A program made the position numbers and the translations under genes. From a virus (lineage: Duplodnaviria > Caudoviricetes), in the IMG/VR virus record IMGVR_UViG_3300021400_000103: a stretch of 64,000 nt of DNA. The stretch is one strand, 5' to 3'. The notes beneath the pieces were generated by a model. It ran no database searches. It was not told the DNA's origin and saw nothing but the letters and a program-made list of their open reading frames with translations. Below, in pieces: positions 19,705 through 29,311 of this stretch (its first letter is position 1; each line of letters opens with the position of its first letter).

Positions 19705-19946
19705 CGTGTTCCACCTCCAAAAATCTGACCGAATATACCGCCAAACGCATTATAAATGTCATTATCCCCATACATGTCGCTCGACCTTGCTGGCTCTACT
19801 ACTTTGTGTTTCCCATCCGGATTGCGGTATATTTTGTAACCCATACGTTTTAGATCATCACATTCTTTAACATACTTATCTATTTCGAACTCGTACAATC
19901 TATCCAGTTCTGCAACAATCACGTCAGGACGACTCACGATTACCAC
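19701..19946 (-). CDS. Hypothetical protein (shares RNxDGKHK with 43978..44253)
   Basis: Paralogous motif within the window. Confidence 0.55.
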   Translation of the reverse strand: MVIVSRPDVIVAELDRLYEFEIDKYVKECDDLKRMGYKIYRNPDGKHKVVEPARSSDMYGDNDIYNAFGGIFGQIFGGGTR

Positions 19947-20143
19947 CTCTTCCTACTCTGCATTTTGTTCTTAACCATTATTACAACTACGATAATTGCA
20001 ACTATTGCTATTGGAATCCATGTAGGTGCCAGCACCCACCACCAAGACCAATTAATAACCTTTGTTAACTTCAGCACGATAAATACTATTGTTAATATGC
20101 CAAAGAAGGAAATATCTATATTCACATTACTCTTCATTGCCAA
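19940..20143 (-). CDS. Small membrane protein (IVLKL...INWSWWWVLAP family)
   Basis: Characteristic phage TM motif. Confidence 0.65.
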   Translation of the reverse strand: MAMKSNVNIDISFFGILTIVFIVLKLTKVINWSWWWVLAPTWIPIAIVAIIVVVIMVKNKMQSRKRW

Positions 20144-20483
20144 CCTCCCAGTCGTATGCGATTGATTTACAACATTCCAAAATCATATTATTAAGATCAT
20201 CATACGTAAGTCTATGACCACATTCAGCGTAAACACCACGATTAGAATGCTTATACCACCACACTTTTAGATCTTTATAAGTAAAGTTTGGATGACTATT
20301 ATCATTCCAGTCATATGCAGCCACCGAAAATGTTGGGTTGCTATAAGACACTCCAGTATTGTTGAATGGGGATGGCATTTCTTTCTTATGTTTATTAAAG
20401 TTAACACGGTCTAACTCAGCCTTTATGGAATCCAGAGCAGCCTGGATTAATCTCGTATCGTTATATCTATATTGAACTACCAT
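20127..20483 (-). CDS. Hypothetical protein
   Basis: ORF in the operon. Confidence 0.55.
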   Translation of the reverse strand: MVVQYRYNDTRLIQAALDSIKAELDRVNFNKHKKEMPSPFNNTGVSYSNPTFSVAAYDWNDNSHPNFTYKDLKVWWYKHSNRGVYAECGHRLTYDDLNNMILECCKSIAYDWEVGNEE

Positions 20484-20514
20484 TCCAACTCTTCCTCCAA
20501 TCTCCACTCAATTC

Positions 20515-21156
20515 TCATATTCCGTATTTGATCCATTTAGCCTGTCGCCTTCTTATCTTTTCTACCGTGTCTGAAATGTCGATTACTTCTTGGGTTTTTC
20601 CACCATCTTTCAAATAACTAACGGTGTAACTGTTTGGAATATGAAATTCGCCGTTTTCATCCGGCTCATCACACAGTTCTTCATCATAGCCTTTCTTAAT
20701 AACCTCTATATCATCATTTGGTTTCCACCTTTTCCATCGTTTTACGTAACAGTCAAAACACTCCGGAGTTATCCATGATTTACCAACCATCGGTGCTTCT
20801 CGCCCACACCAATAGCATACGTTCTGAGAGATGTGCTCATATTTGTTTATGATCCGATGTACCTTGTTAGACGATCCGCCACAATATAGGCGAGCTTGAC
20901 CGTATTTTTCTTTAATCTGAAGTATAGTGAAGTCCTTCTGACCTGATTCATTAATGGCAGCGCCAAGCTCATCCATATACATCTGCCCAAAAGCTTTATC
21001 CCATCCAGGACTCCACCCCCATTCTATCCATGTATAGTCATAGTTTTTGGGGATCTTACCTCGCCAATCTCTCGGCATAAGCCAGTAATACTTTTTAATC
21101 AGACGCTTGTTCCGCATCTGAAGTTTTTTCTTCTGCTTCCTCTTCTTCTTTGTCAT
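20515..21156 (-). CDS. Conserved phage hypothetical protein (QIKEKYG motif)
   Basis: GW...QIKEKYGQARLY...CYWCG. Confidence 0.6.
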   Translation of the reverse strand: MTKKKRKQKKKLQMRNKRLIKKYYWLMPRDWRGKIPKNYDYTWIEWGWSPGWDKAFGQMYMDELGAAINESGQKDFTILQIKEKYGQARLYCGGSSNKVHRIINKYEHISQNVCYWCGREAPMVGKSWITPECFDCYVKRWKRWKPNDDIEVIKKGYDEELCDEPDENGEFHIPNSYTVSYLKDGGKTQEVIDISDTVEKIRRRQAKWIKYGI

Positions 21157-21493
21157 GGTTTGTATTCCCCCATTGTTCGTAGTATTTAAACCATCCTAAC
21201 GCCCACAGATCAGCGTAGTATTTTTCAATATCTTTTAATTCCCATCCGTTATAACAAGTAGAATCTACCGTCTGTCCATTTTTATGTGTAAACTGAACCT
21301 CTGCCTCATACCTTGGAGCTGTCTCAAATCCTTTTCTTTCATACCGTGAAAAATCCCATCGATAAATATTAATAAAGTAACGTTTCCCATAATCGTCACT
21401 CACACATTTTTGAAACAAATCCGTACAACACTCAATGTATGATGGAGGATCCCATCTTTTATACCCAGCGTCCAACAATTCTTGATTTGTCAT
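21095..21493 (-). CDS. Hypothetical protein
   Basis: ORF in the operon. Confidence 0.55.
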   Translation of the reverse strand: MTNQELLDAGYKRWDPPSYIECCTDLFQKCVSDDYGKRYFINIYRWDFSRYERKGFETAPRYEAEVQFTHKNGQTVDSTCYNGWELKDIEKYYADLWALGWFKYYEQWGNTNHDKEEEEAEEKTSDAEQASD

Positions 21494-21503
21494 ATGTGCC
21501 CCC

Positions 21504-21701
21504 CTATCCTATATATCTATATTGACAGTTTAGACAGTAGTATCTACGTTTTGGCGGATCTGTGGCAAATATAATTGAACAGTCCACATGGACACCTGCT
21601 CCACATTTGGGACATATAAACAATTCCTTGTCCTTGTAAATATCAATATTGTCAGCCTCACCACTACTAAAAAACTCTTCTTTTGTTGGCAACTTATTCA
21701 T
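21504..21701 (-). CDS. Small zinc-ribbon protein
   Basis: CPKCG...CLNC. Confidence 0.55.
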   Translation of the reverse strand: MNKLPTKEEFFSSGEADNIDIYKDKELFICPKCGAGVHVDCSIIFATDPPKRRYYCLNCQYRYIG

Positions 21702-22705
21702 ATTCTTATCCTCTCTCCCAATAGTTTTCGAAACACACTTTCTCCCCTATCTGTCGGAGCCATCTTTTCTCCAAGTAAATGATTCTTGTCGGTGATTACA
21801 CCCACCTTTGTAAACCGCCTAAGCATCTGTATCTTTGGATCTCCCACTATTTTCTTGAGTTCTTGATCTGTATCCCATCCAATAATAACCTCGGCAAGTC
21901 CGCTTTTAATTAGTAGCTGAAGCTGACCATCCGATAATGCCGCTGTCTCAGAAGCCACAGTATTCTTAATATTCCAACCCCATGCTTTAATGCAGCTTTT
22001 AATCCCCTCAAAAATAATTACGGATTTCCTGTATTTAATTTCTGAAATTGCTTGCTGATACCCCTGAAAATAGTCAATTGTTCCTATTTTGTCGTAATTA
22101 ATATACTTCTGTAGACCAAGCAACTTATATTCTTTAATCCGTGTTCGTCCTTTAACTCCGATAAATCTGTTATCTGAATCAAGTACCGGATATACGATCC
22201 GATTTGCCGATTTGTCAATCCGAATGTTATAGTGTCGCAAGGCTTCGGGAGTCATATCTTCATCCAACCATTCCTGTGGTAACTCGTCGCTATACTTTTC
22301 TATATAGTCGGTATTCCAATCCAGAACGTGTCGTTCAACGTGTTGTTTTTTCATACCTGTATTCTGCTTGTGTAGCGTCTTAAAGAACTGCACCGTAGGG
22401 GTTTCAATGTGTGGTTTGAATTCGATACCAAGGATGCTCGCAACTCTCTCAACCGCTTTTCCGAATCCAACATTATCCTTAGTCATGATCCAGTTAAAAA
22501 TATTCCCGCCTTCACCACATCCAAAACAATGCCACGTATTTGTGTCCGGGTAAATGCACAACGACGGTGTATCATCCCCCTCATGAAACGGGCATTTTAT
22601 AAAATACTTGTCGCCCTTGCGATGCAGTTCTTCTGTCTGCTCAATATAGTCAACTAAGCTGATTTTACTTGCTAACTCATTTAATTCCTCCTGGCTATAC
22701 CGCAT
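21698..22705 (-). CDS. dnaG: DNA primase (CHC2 zinc finger + TOPRIM)
   Basis: CPFH...TPS...HCFGCG; IFEG; WDTD. Confidence 0.92.
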   Translation of the reverse strand: MRYSQEELNELASKISLVDYIEQTEELHRKGDKYFIKCPFHEGDDTPSLCIYPDTNTWHCFGCGEGGNIFNWIMTKDNVGFGKAVERVASILGIEFKPHIETPTVQFFKTLHKQNTGMKKQHVERHVLDWNTDYIEKYSDELPQEWLDEDMTPEALRHYNIRIDKSANRIVYPVLDSDNRFIGVKGRTRIKEYKLLGLQKYINYDKIGTIDYFQGYQQAISEIKYRKSVIIFEGIKSCIKAWGWNIKNTVASETAALSDGQLQLLIKSGLAEVIIGWDTDQELKKIVGDPKIQMLRRFTKVGVITDKNHLLGEKMAPTDRGESVFRKLLGERIRI

Positions 22706-22708
22706 CGG

Positions 22709-23347
22709 TTAACCCTCTCTATTTATCAATCTCCCCAACCTACGTTTAATCACTTCATCTGACGGGTAAAATTCATTGAAACACCAGTTAAATGCTTCTA
22801 TCTCTGAATACCCCAGCTCTACCATATCTTCCCACCACTCGCGTCTTCTCCACTCCCAACTTGGAGAGTGGATATCTGAGAAATCGGCCTTCTTGCCATC
22901 CTTCAAGATACGTTGCGCAATTTCTAAAAGCGTGTCGTCATTATCTCTCCACCAACTCAGTTCCTTCACGCATATCTCAGGATCAAATTTTTCTTTCTTA
23001 CGTTTACAACGATTGTAATATTTCATGACAGAATCTATTTTATATTTCAAAAACCCCTGCTCTTCACTGTCTATAAACGAAGTCGAACTCAATACTATGC
23101 TGTGCTTACCACAGCTATATGCATGTAATACCATGAGATATGGGTAATACTTCGCTGCATCTTCTATTGTATTAATATTTAGGTCGTGTTCTCGTCCATC
23201 TTTGCCTATTATTTTAATGCAACTATTACGAAGAATCTCTTCTACCTTATTATCTCTTTCGTTATCCGGAACATCTTCTGCGTGTATAGCAAGGTGATCA
23301 CAAAAATCACATTTACCGCTAATGTGATGATCTTTAAACTTCCCCAT
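22709..23347 (-). CDS. Hypothetical protein
   Basis: ORF in the operon. Confidence 0.55.
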   Translation of the reverse strand: MGKFKDHHISGKCDFCDHLAIHAEDVPDNERDNKVEEILRNSCIKIIGKDGREHDLNINTIEDAAKYYPYLMVLHAYSCGKHSIVLSSTSFIDSEEQGFLKYKIDSVMKYYNRCKRKKEKFDPEICVKELSWWRDNDDTLLEIAQRILKDGKKADFSDIHSPSWEWRRREWWEDMVELGYSEIEAFNWCFNEFYPSDEVIKRRLGRLINREG

Positions 23348-23514
23348 TCTCCCACTCCTTTCTCGTTTGCCCTTTCATTCGGCGACGAAAGTCTCGACGT
23401 GTTTTATGTTTCCAAAAATGCCATGCTTTACGGCAATTTTTTACCCAACATGCATATTTACGGTCGAATTTATCTTCATCCGTCATGCGTTTATGGCGAT
23501 TATCCTTACTCATG

Positions 23515-24330
23515 TTAACCTCCAACTGGTCGATATATGCAGGAAAGTCGATGGTCACAAAGTATATTACAGAAAAATGACTTTGAATTATCCGGCGCCC
23601 ACAGAACTTCCTGTTCAATCTGATGAATCGTATCTATCGCCCATTGTTTTGTTTCTTCGAGTTTATCCTGTTCAAATGGTAGTTTGAGTGTCTTTTGGTC
23701 TCTGAACATGTTCCAGGTTAGCCAATCAACCTTTCCATACTCCTCCAAGACAGGAATACTATAGATATATTCCTGCTTTACATAATGATCAAACTGCTGC
23801 TGATTGGATTTAGAAACACTACCATCTTTAAGATATTTGAAACTAGACGATTTTTGATCCAAGATAATAATTTCACCATTTTGTTTATCTCTTAACAGGG
23901 CATCTATATATCCTTTAAATCTATACTCTCCTACCTTAAAGTGATATTCCTTTTCCACACCCAGCACTTCGTACCTGTCGAAATCAAAAGATATATTATT
24001 AAAATAATCCAACCCCTGATCATAAGCCTTTTGTCCTAAGTCGGCGTATCTATTCGGCGGAAAATCACATGTCACATAATCTCTGTAATGATCCTGGTAC
24101 CACTGAGCTGCAGTAAAGATGTCTAATTCGCCATTTAAAAATAGCTCAATACATTTATGACAAAGTGTTCCAAACTGAGCATACGCATTTTCTTCACCAC
24201 TTTGTTTCTCAAGGTACGATAAATACCAAGCATAATTGCATGATCCGTAGGCATTGACCCTACTAAAACTCCACTCCATCTCATCCAACTTTTTTCTTAT
24301 TTCTTCTGGTGTTAATTCCCACTCTTGCAT
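23515..24330 (-). CDS. PD-(D/E)XK exonuclease (RecB/Cas4-like, 4-Cys)
   Basis: WSFSR...C; GTLCH; GYIDAL...ILDQKS; C-terminal CxxxCxxxxxC. Confidence 0.85.
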   Translation of the reverse strand: MQEWELTPEEIRKKLDEMEWSFSRVNAYGSCNYAWYLSYLEKQSGEENAYAQFGTLCHKCIELFLNGELDIFTAAQWYQDHYRDYVTCDFPPNRYADLGQKAYDQGLDYFNNISFDFDRYEVLGVEKEYHFKVGEYRFKGYIDALLRDKQNGEIIILDQKSSSFKYLKDGSVSKSNQQQFDHYVKQEYIYSIPVLEEYGKVDWLTWNMFRDQKTLKLPFEQDKLEETKQWAIDTIHQIEQEVLWAPDNSKSFFCNILCDHRLSCIYRPVGG

Positions 24331-24331
24331 A

Positions 24332-24637
24332 CTAATCCTTCTCCATGTAATTAGGTTTTACAAAATCATAATCCTTTGCTAGCTGTTCTTGGCGTCTATT
24401 ATATTCGTCAACCTCGTCGTCAGTGTATGGTCTGGTCTCCGATAAAATGTCAATTTTATTTATGTCACCGCCGACCCTGCAATACTCATGACCGCCGTCA
24501 ATAAAGCATCCACGCTTACCGTTTGACTCTTTCCAACACGTACAACACACCCAATCATGCACATGCTTGCTTTCAATGACTTCGCCACAGGTTTTGCATC
24601 GGATCGCATTCCTTATGATTTTTGTTCCTCGCTTCAT
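24332..24637 (-). CDS. Cys-rich phage hypothetical protein
   Basis: NAIRCKTCGEVIESKHVHDW...IDGG. Confidence 0.6.
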   Translation of the reverse strand: MKRGTKIIRNAIRCKTCGEVIESKHVHDWVCCTCWKESNGKRGCFIDGGHEYCRVGGDINKIDILSETRPYTDDEVDEYNRRQEQLAKDYDFVKPNYMEKD

Positions 24638-24641
24638 CCTA

Positions 24642-24869
24642 CTACCCTTTCGTTGTGTTTCTCTCCTGTATCTTGAATTTATACTCTCTTTCTAATGCAG
24701 AGTCTCCATTGATATAGCGCCACATACTTGGGTTCTTAATCACATTATGACCATCTGTCTCCAGCCAACATTGATGACCGCTATAAAACCCAAGATATAG
24801 TCGTCCGTTTGGATCACGAACCTCTACCCTTACAAAAGGCACAGGCGGTCTGTCGCAACTCTGCCACAT
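24642..24869 (-). CDS. Hypothetical protein
   Basis: ORF following GGAGGT. Confidence 0.5.
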   Translation of the reverse strand: MWQSCDRPPVPFVRVEVRDPNGRLYLGFYSGHQCWLETDGHNVIKNPSMWRYINGDSALEREYKFKIQERNTTKG

Positions 24870-25013
24870 TAAACCACCTCCTTGACATCGGGGCAAATCT
24901 CGCACTCTAAATACACATTGTTATCTCCCTTATCAAGTTCCACCTCATAATATCCATTTCGGATATCTATAACAGTTCCCACTTCATCGGTTAACACATC
25001 ACGTACACGATCA

Positions 25014-26408
25014 TTAATTGTTATCACTGTCATCGCCCTCCTTTTCAAACGGATTATGTTTCACAGGTTGCTTTTCTGCTTCTTGAATTCTCATGCGAGA
25101 ACCATCAGTTGTGATATTGATATACTCATCTTCATCCATCGCTTCTGCGGATCTCGCAAAATCAACATGTAATACATAGTTACCAGCGTCTAAACCACCA
25201 TCATTCATTATTTCCTCCGAGGTTTTCATTCTGTATGTTATTCCTGCCGATGCAATATTGTTTAATTTAACACTCTCTGCTATCTGTCCAATACGATTTA
25301 ACTGTGCGGCGGCCAACACTGGAATATTAAGACCTCCTGCGATTTCGTTCTTCATAAAATTGGCTTGGATACCAAGAACGTTATAATTTGTTGACATATC
25401 CTTTTCATTGGCTTTGAAGTAATCGTAAACGCCAAACAAATTATCTCCATATCGATACATGAAAACTTTGTACTGATTGTAAATCTCGATTTCACTAAAG
25501 TTAGGAGCAAAGATATGTTTATAGTGACGAGTTTTCAACCAATTTCTAACATCTTTTATTGTTTCTGTTTCTGTTTTTCCAACCCCGCCACGTTTAATGC
25601 GATCTTGTGGTATTCCAGTTAAATTAGCCAACATTCTAATTGTGAATAACTTATTATTCATCTCCGTATCGTGGTATAGAACAGACATATCCATTTTTAA
25701 CTTATGCGTGGTTTCATTTAATAAAATGGTTGATTTACCCTGTTTATAAGCAGCACAAACCATTATCATGTCGCCACGTTCATGTACCACTCCAAGTTTC
25801 GTAAGCGATGGGAAAATAGTCGGAATACCATAGCTGCCATCATCGTTTCTATCCTCAACGATTTGTTCCCACGTATCGTCAATATCGTCCCCATCAGAAT
25901 GCATATCGTCGTCTATGATATATTTCTCAGTGACACCATTAATGTCTTTGTGTAACTTCTTTTCAAGTGTTTTTAGGTCGACTTCTACATTGGTGCAGTC
26001 CCTAATCAATCCATTCATTGTCCTATACAAATCCCGCTTATACGCCATTGTCAGGACTTCTTTAACAGCCAACATATATTCTTCAACCGTATCCCTGGCT
26101 GCAAAAGACGATAGTTCCATATACTGCTTTATATCGGTTAACCCCTTAGACTCCATTGTCTTTGCTACGGCTTTATTAGATTGAATAACATTGGTAAGAT
26201 TTAGTACATCTATGTTTGTTATTCCGTTTTTATACAACTCCTCAATTGCCCACATCCAACATCCGTTCTCACTGTGGTAAAAATAGGCTGGTTTTAACAT
26301 CTCGGAATGAAGAGTAAATTCCGGATGCTTAAGTGCAGTAGCTACCACTGTAGCCTCTGCACTTTCTGACACCATTGTCTCTATTGGATTTGCCATGACT
26401 TCCCCCAT
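25014..26408 (-). CDS. dnaB: Replicative DnaB-like helicase
   Basis: SAEATVV N-domain; AAYKQGKST; DTEM, YDY and AAQLNR motifs. Confidence 0.9.
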   Translation of the reverse strand: MGEVMANPIETMVSESAEATVVATALKHPEFTLHSEMLKPAYFYHSENGCWMWAIEELYKNGITNIDVLNLTNVIQSNKAVAKTMESKGLTDIKQYMELSSFAARDTVEEYMLAVKEVLTMAYKRDLYRTMNGLIRDCTNVEVDLKTLEKKLHKDINGVTEKYIIDDDMHSDGDDIDDTWEQIVEDRNDDGSYGIPTIFPSLTKLGVVHERGDMIMVCAAYKQGKSTILLNETTHKLKMDMSVLYHDTEMNNKLFTIRMLANLTGIPQDRIKRGGVGKTETETIKDVRNWLKTRHYKHIFAPNFSEIEIYNQYKVFMYRYGDNLFGVYDYFKANEKDMSTNYNVLGIQANFMKNEIAGGLNIPVLAAAQLNRIGQIAESVKLNNIASAGITYRMKTSEEIMNDGGLDAGNYVLHVDFARSAEAMDEDEYINITTDGSRMRIQEAEKQPVKHNPFEKEGDDSDNN

Positions 26409-26864
26409 TTACTCAAAGAGGTCTGATACCATCCTCTTTCCTGCTGTCTTGTTAATAACTGTGGTTGGCTGATCCACTTCGTTGATTTCAATCCGGTGAC
26501 TACCAACTGCATTTTTTGCCACCTGATGAGTCCATGCTGTTAAAATATCGTGCGAATTGCAAATACGATATAACCCTTGTGGGTATGTAAGTTTCATCTC
26601 TGGATGCGCTATTGCATAATTAAGGGCGAACATAACGTATTCCGCTGGCTTAATCTCGTTATAAATAATGTCATTTACGATTTTCCTGAGGACAGGAATT
26701 TGGGCGTAATTAACCTGTTCAATAAATTTTGTGATGATATCCTGAATCAGCTCACGATCCTTCGCACACTCTTCGTGATACCACTTCTTTCCAACTCTAA
26801 TCTTTGGCTGATTATCGTAGATATATCCGCCACAACTACAGTGTGTCCAACCGCATTTTTGCAT
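26409..26864 (-). CDS. Hypothetical replication-associated protein with zinc finger
   Basis: CGWTHC...YHEEC; directly upstream of dnaB. Confidence 0.5.
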   Translation of the reverse strand: MQKCGWTHCSCGGYIYDNQPKIRVGKKWYHEECAKDRELIQDIITKFIEQVNYAQIPVLRKIVNDIIYNEIKPAEYVMFALNYAIAHPEMKLTYPQGLYRICNSHDILTAWTHQVAKNAVGSHRIEINEVDQPTTVINKTAGKRMVSDLFE

Positions 26865-26928
26865 TTTAATTCCTTTCTTTTATCTAACCTACGGTTTATA
26901 AGTTTTCGAACGAATGTAGGTTAATTAG

Positions 26929-26999
26929 CAGCCGGTGCAGGTGCTGCCCCTGCGCACCTGGGGTCAAAGCCCAGTTCACTACTGTTATGATAACCGGCC
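26929..26999 (-). tRNA. tRNA-Gln(UUG) with non-canonical D and T loops
   Basis: GGCCGGT/ACCGGCT acceptor; TCAT/GTGA D stem; CTGGG-CTTTGAC-CCCAG anticodon arm; GCAGG-GGCAGCA-CCTGC T arm. Confidence 0.75.
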
Positions 27000-27139
27000 A
27001 AAAATATCTTTGTGTGTTGCACCACAACTTGCATAGCAGAGGTTGTGGGAGTAATGTTTTTTACAGAAACTTATTGCACGAAAACTGTATACATTAACTG
27101 AGCTACTCACTATAGATTTCACTCAATACTGTATATAAC

Positions 27140-27226
27140 AGACATATCAAGAATCGAACTTGAACCTCGGTTTAAACACTTCCGTATGCTGTTAACTTTA
27201 ATCGACTACCATTACACCATATGTCT
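27140..27226 (-). ncRNA. tRNA-like element (perfect acceptor and T arms, enlarged D loop, degenerate anticodon arm)
   Basis: AGACATA/TATGTCT; TCAAG-TTCGATT-CTTGA; GGTGTAATGGTA. Confidence 0.6.
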
Positions 27227-27340
27227 ATATTTTCCGGTTAACCTATACACCGGAAGGTAGAAGATACTATATGTCCATAACATCAGAATACTCGTTGGCT
27301 TACCATGGACGCCATAGTATAAAGAGTGGTTATGGATTAG

Positions 27341-27413
27341 TCGGAGTGACACGACTTGAACGTGCGCCCTCTTCGGCCCAAACGAAGCGGTCTACCAACT
27401 GACCTACACCCCG
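27341..27413 (-). tRNA. tRNA-Pro(UGG)
   Basis: Cloverleaf; CTTCG-TTTGGGC-CGAAG; GTTCAAGTC. Confidence 0.92.
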
Positions 27414-27418
27414 AAAAT

Positions 27419-27492
27419 TGTGCCTTGGGGGACTCGAACCCGCCGACAACTTGATTAAAAGTCAAGTGCTCTACCACCTGAGCTAAAGGCAC
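27419..27492 (-). tRNA. tRNA-Lys(UUU)
   Basis: Cloverleaf; CTTGA-CTTTTAA-TCAAG. Confidence 0.92.
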
Positions 27493-27496
27493 ATAG

Positions 27497-27570
27497 TGGA
27501 CACTGTAGGACTCGAACCTACGACAACTCGGTTATGAGCCGAGGGGTCTAACCAACTGACCTAAGTGTCC
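27497..27570 (-). tRNA. tRNA with CAU anticodon (Ile2 or elongator Met)
   Basis: Cloverleaf; CTCGG-CTCATAA-CCGAG. Confidence 0.9.
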
Positions 27571-27637
27571 TTAATGGCGGTCTCACCTATACTACCGCCA
27601 GGGTTATGCGAGAGGAGGTTCGCCCTATGGAGGCGAG

Positions 27638-27726
27638 CGGAGAGAATGGGATTTGAACCCATGCGTCAGAGTTACTGACCTGTCGGTTTTCAAGACCGAT
27701 CCCTTAAACCACTTGGGTATCTCTCC
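27638..27726 (-). tRNA. tRNA-Ser(UGA)
   Basis: Cloverleaf with long variable arm; TCGGT-CTTGAAA-ACCGA. Confidence 0.93.
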
Positions 27727-27781
27727 AAAAGTGGGCGGGAGAGTCGCATTTTTCCCGCCCATGGAGGAAGTTAGTTATGAT

Positions 27782-28201
27782 TTACTTGAATGGCAAATCA
27801 TTCTCAATCCCTTCCGGGACATCTACAAATGAATTATCCTGTGGAGCTGCGGTATTATTTGATTCCTGTGCTTTCTTTGATTCACAGAATTCAATGTTTT
27901 CTGCTACAAACTGGAATCCATACACCTTCTGTCCATCTTTGTTTGTATAGTTGTTGTTTTCGACCCGTCCTTCGACGAGAACTTTTGTTCCTCTAGTAAG
28001 ATACTTCTGTACAAATTCACCAAGCTTCCCGAGTGCTGTAATACGGAAGAAGTCGGCTGTTGTGGCGTTAGTGTCGTCCTTCTTCTTAAATCTCTTGTCT
28101 ACAGCAAGGTTAAAATTTGCAATACATGTGGCATTTTCTCCAGTGCTAAAACGAATTTCCGGGTCATGTGTGAGCCGACCCATAAAAATAATTTTGTTCA
28201 T
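27782..28201 (-). CDS. ssb: Single-stranded DNA-binding protein
   Basis: MNKIIFMGRLTHDPE; acidic tail ending DLPF. Confidence 0.95.
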   Translation of the reverse strand: MNKIIFMGRLTHDPEIRFSTGENATCIANFNLAVDKRFKKKDDTNATTADFFRITALGKLGEFVQKYLTRGTKVLVEGRVENNNYTNKDGQKVYGFQFVAENIEFCESKKAQESNNTAAPQDNSFVDVPEGIENDLPFK

Positions 28202-28219
28202 AAAATTCTCCTTTTATTC

Positions 28220-29137
28220 TTAATTATTAAGTGCTTCTAAATACTTCTGTGCGTCTTCAACGGTCTTAAGTGCATTAGGATTTCCCAGACTCTTAACCGT
28301 CTGCATTACTTTTTCAGATTTCTGTCCACCAAGTTCGGTACACTTTGCAATAATCTGTTTCTTAAGGGCGTCTAAATCATCGTTTGGAACATCTACTGGT
28401 TCAACATTCGTCTGAATTGGTGGTGCCTTGGGTGTTGGTACTGCTCCGCTATTACACCAATCGTAAAGTGCTTCACCGTCTTTTGCGTTAATCACGGAGT
28501 ATCTGTCCATACCCCACAGACCCGTATTATCCTTGTCTGCATGGGCAACATGTGTATCCTGATCAAGCTGAAGCGAGAGCATTACCTCATATGTTATATC
28601 TTTATCTGTCTGAGACCCAAGTCCAACCTTTTTAGGAACCTGCTTCCCATTCTTCTCTTCAAGTACCCATTCGTCCTTACCTCTTGCACTACAAAGAATG
28701 TGTGCAGGAGCATTCAAAATTTTTTCATTCAGCTTGTGATGTCTAGGTTTGAGTTTTGACCAATTGGTAAAACTATTACCTGGCATCTTATCATGAAGAT
28801 CATTCATAAATTTCCACTCATGCGTAAGACTATCCACAATAATCACTTTATATCCACCATCAACAGCTTCATCAATGGCTGCAATATATGACTCAGGTGA
28901 AAATTCTTTTAACTGTAGTAAGTCATAATCATAATAGTAATCACCATGCGGAGATTTCTTACCTGCATATAACTTATCTCTATCGCCCTCTGTTCCAATG
29001 TATGCAATTCGGCTACCAGATTTTCTAGCTAATCCAGTCGCCATTTCCAACATACTTTGTGTTTTGCCGCCGCCACTTGGGCTTACAAAAATAACTTTTC
29101 CATGAACCTTTTCACGCATTGCTTTAACAAATGCCAT
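28220..29137 (-). CDS. Sak4-like AAA ATPase/recombinase
   Basis: SPSGGGKT; IIVDSLTHEW; adjacent to ssb. Confidence 0.8.
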   Translation of the reverse strand: MAFVKAMREKVHGKVIFVSPSGGGKTQSMLEMATGLARKSGSRIAYIGTEGDRDKLYAGKKSPHGDYYYDYDLLQLKEFSPESYIAAIDEAVDGGYKVIIVDSLTHEWKFMNDLHDKMPGNSFTNWSKLKPRHHKLNEKILNAPAHILCSARGKDEWVLEEKNGKQVPKKVGLGSQTDKDITYEVMLSLQLDQDTHVAHADKDNTGLWGMDRYSVINAKDGEALYDWCNSGAVPTPKAPPIQTNVEPVDVPNDDLDALKKQIIAKCTELGGQKSEKVMQTVKSLGNPNALKTVEDAQKYLEALNN

Positions 29138-29311
29138 TATTTATTTCCTCCTTATCAATGCACATAATCCCGCCAATTATTGGCGAAATAACCACCATTA
29201 CCATTCTTGTCTTTATTAATCTGAGTTATTCCACGCTGCTTCATACGCCAACGTGCAATGTTACGATCAATCTTTCTGTCGTGTTTTGTGACCAGCTTGC
29301 GCTGATTATTC

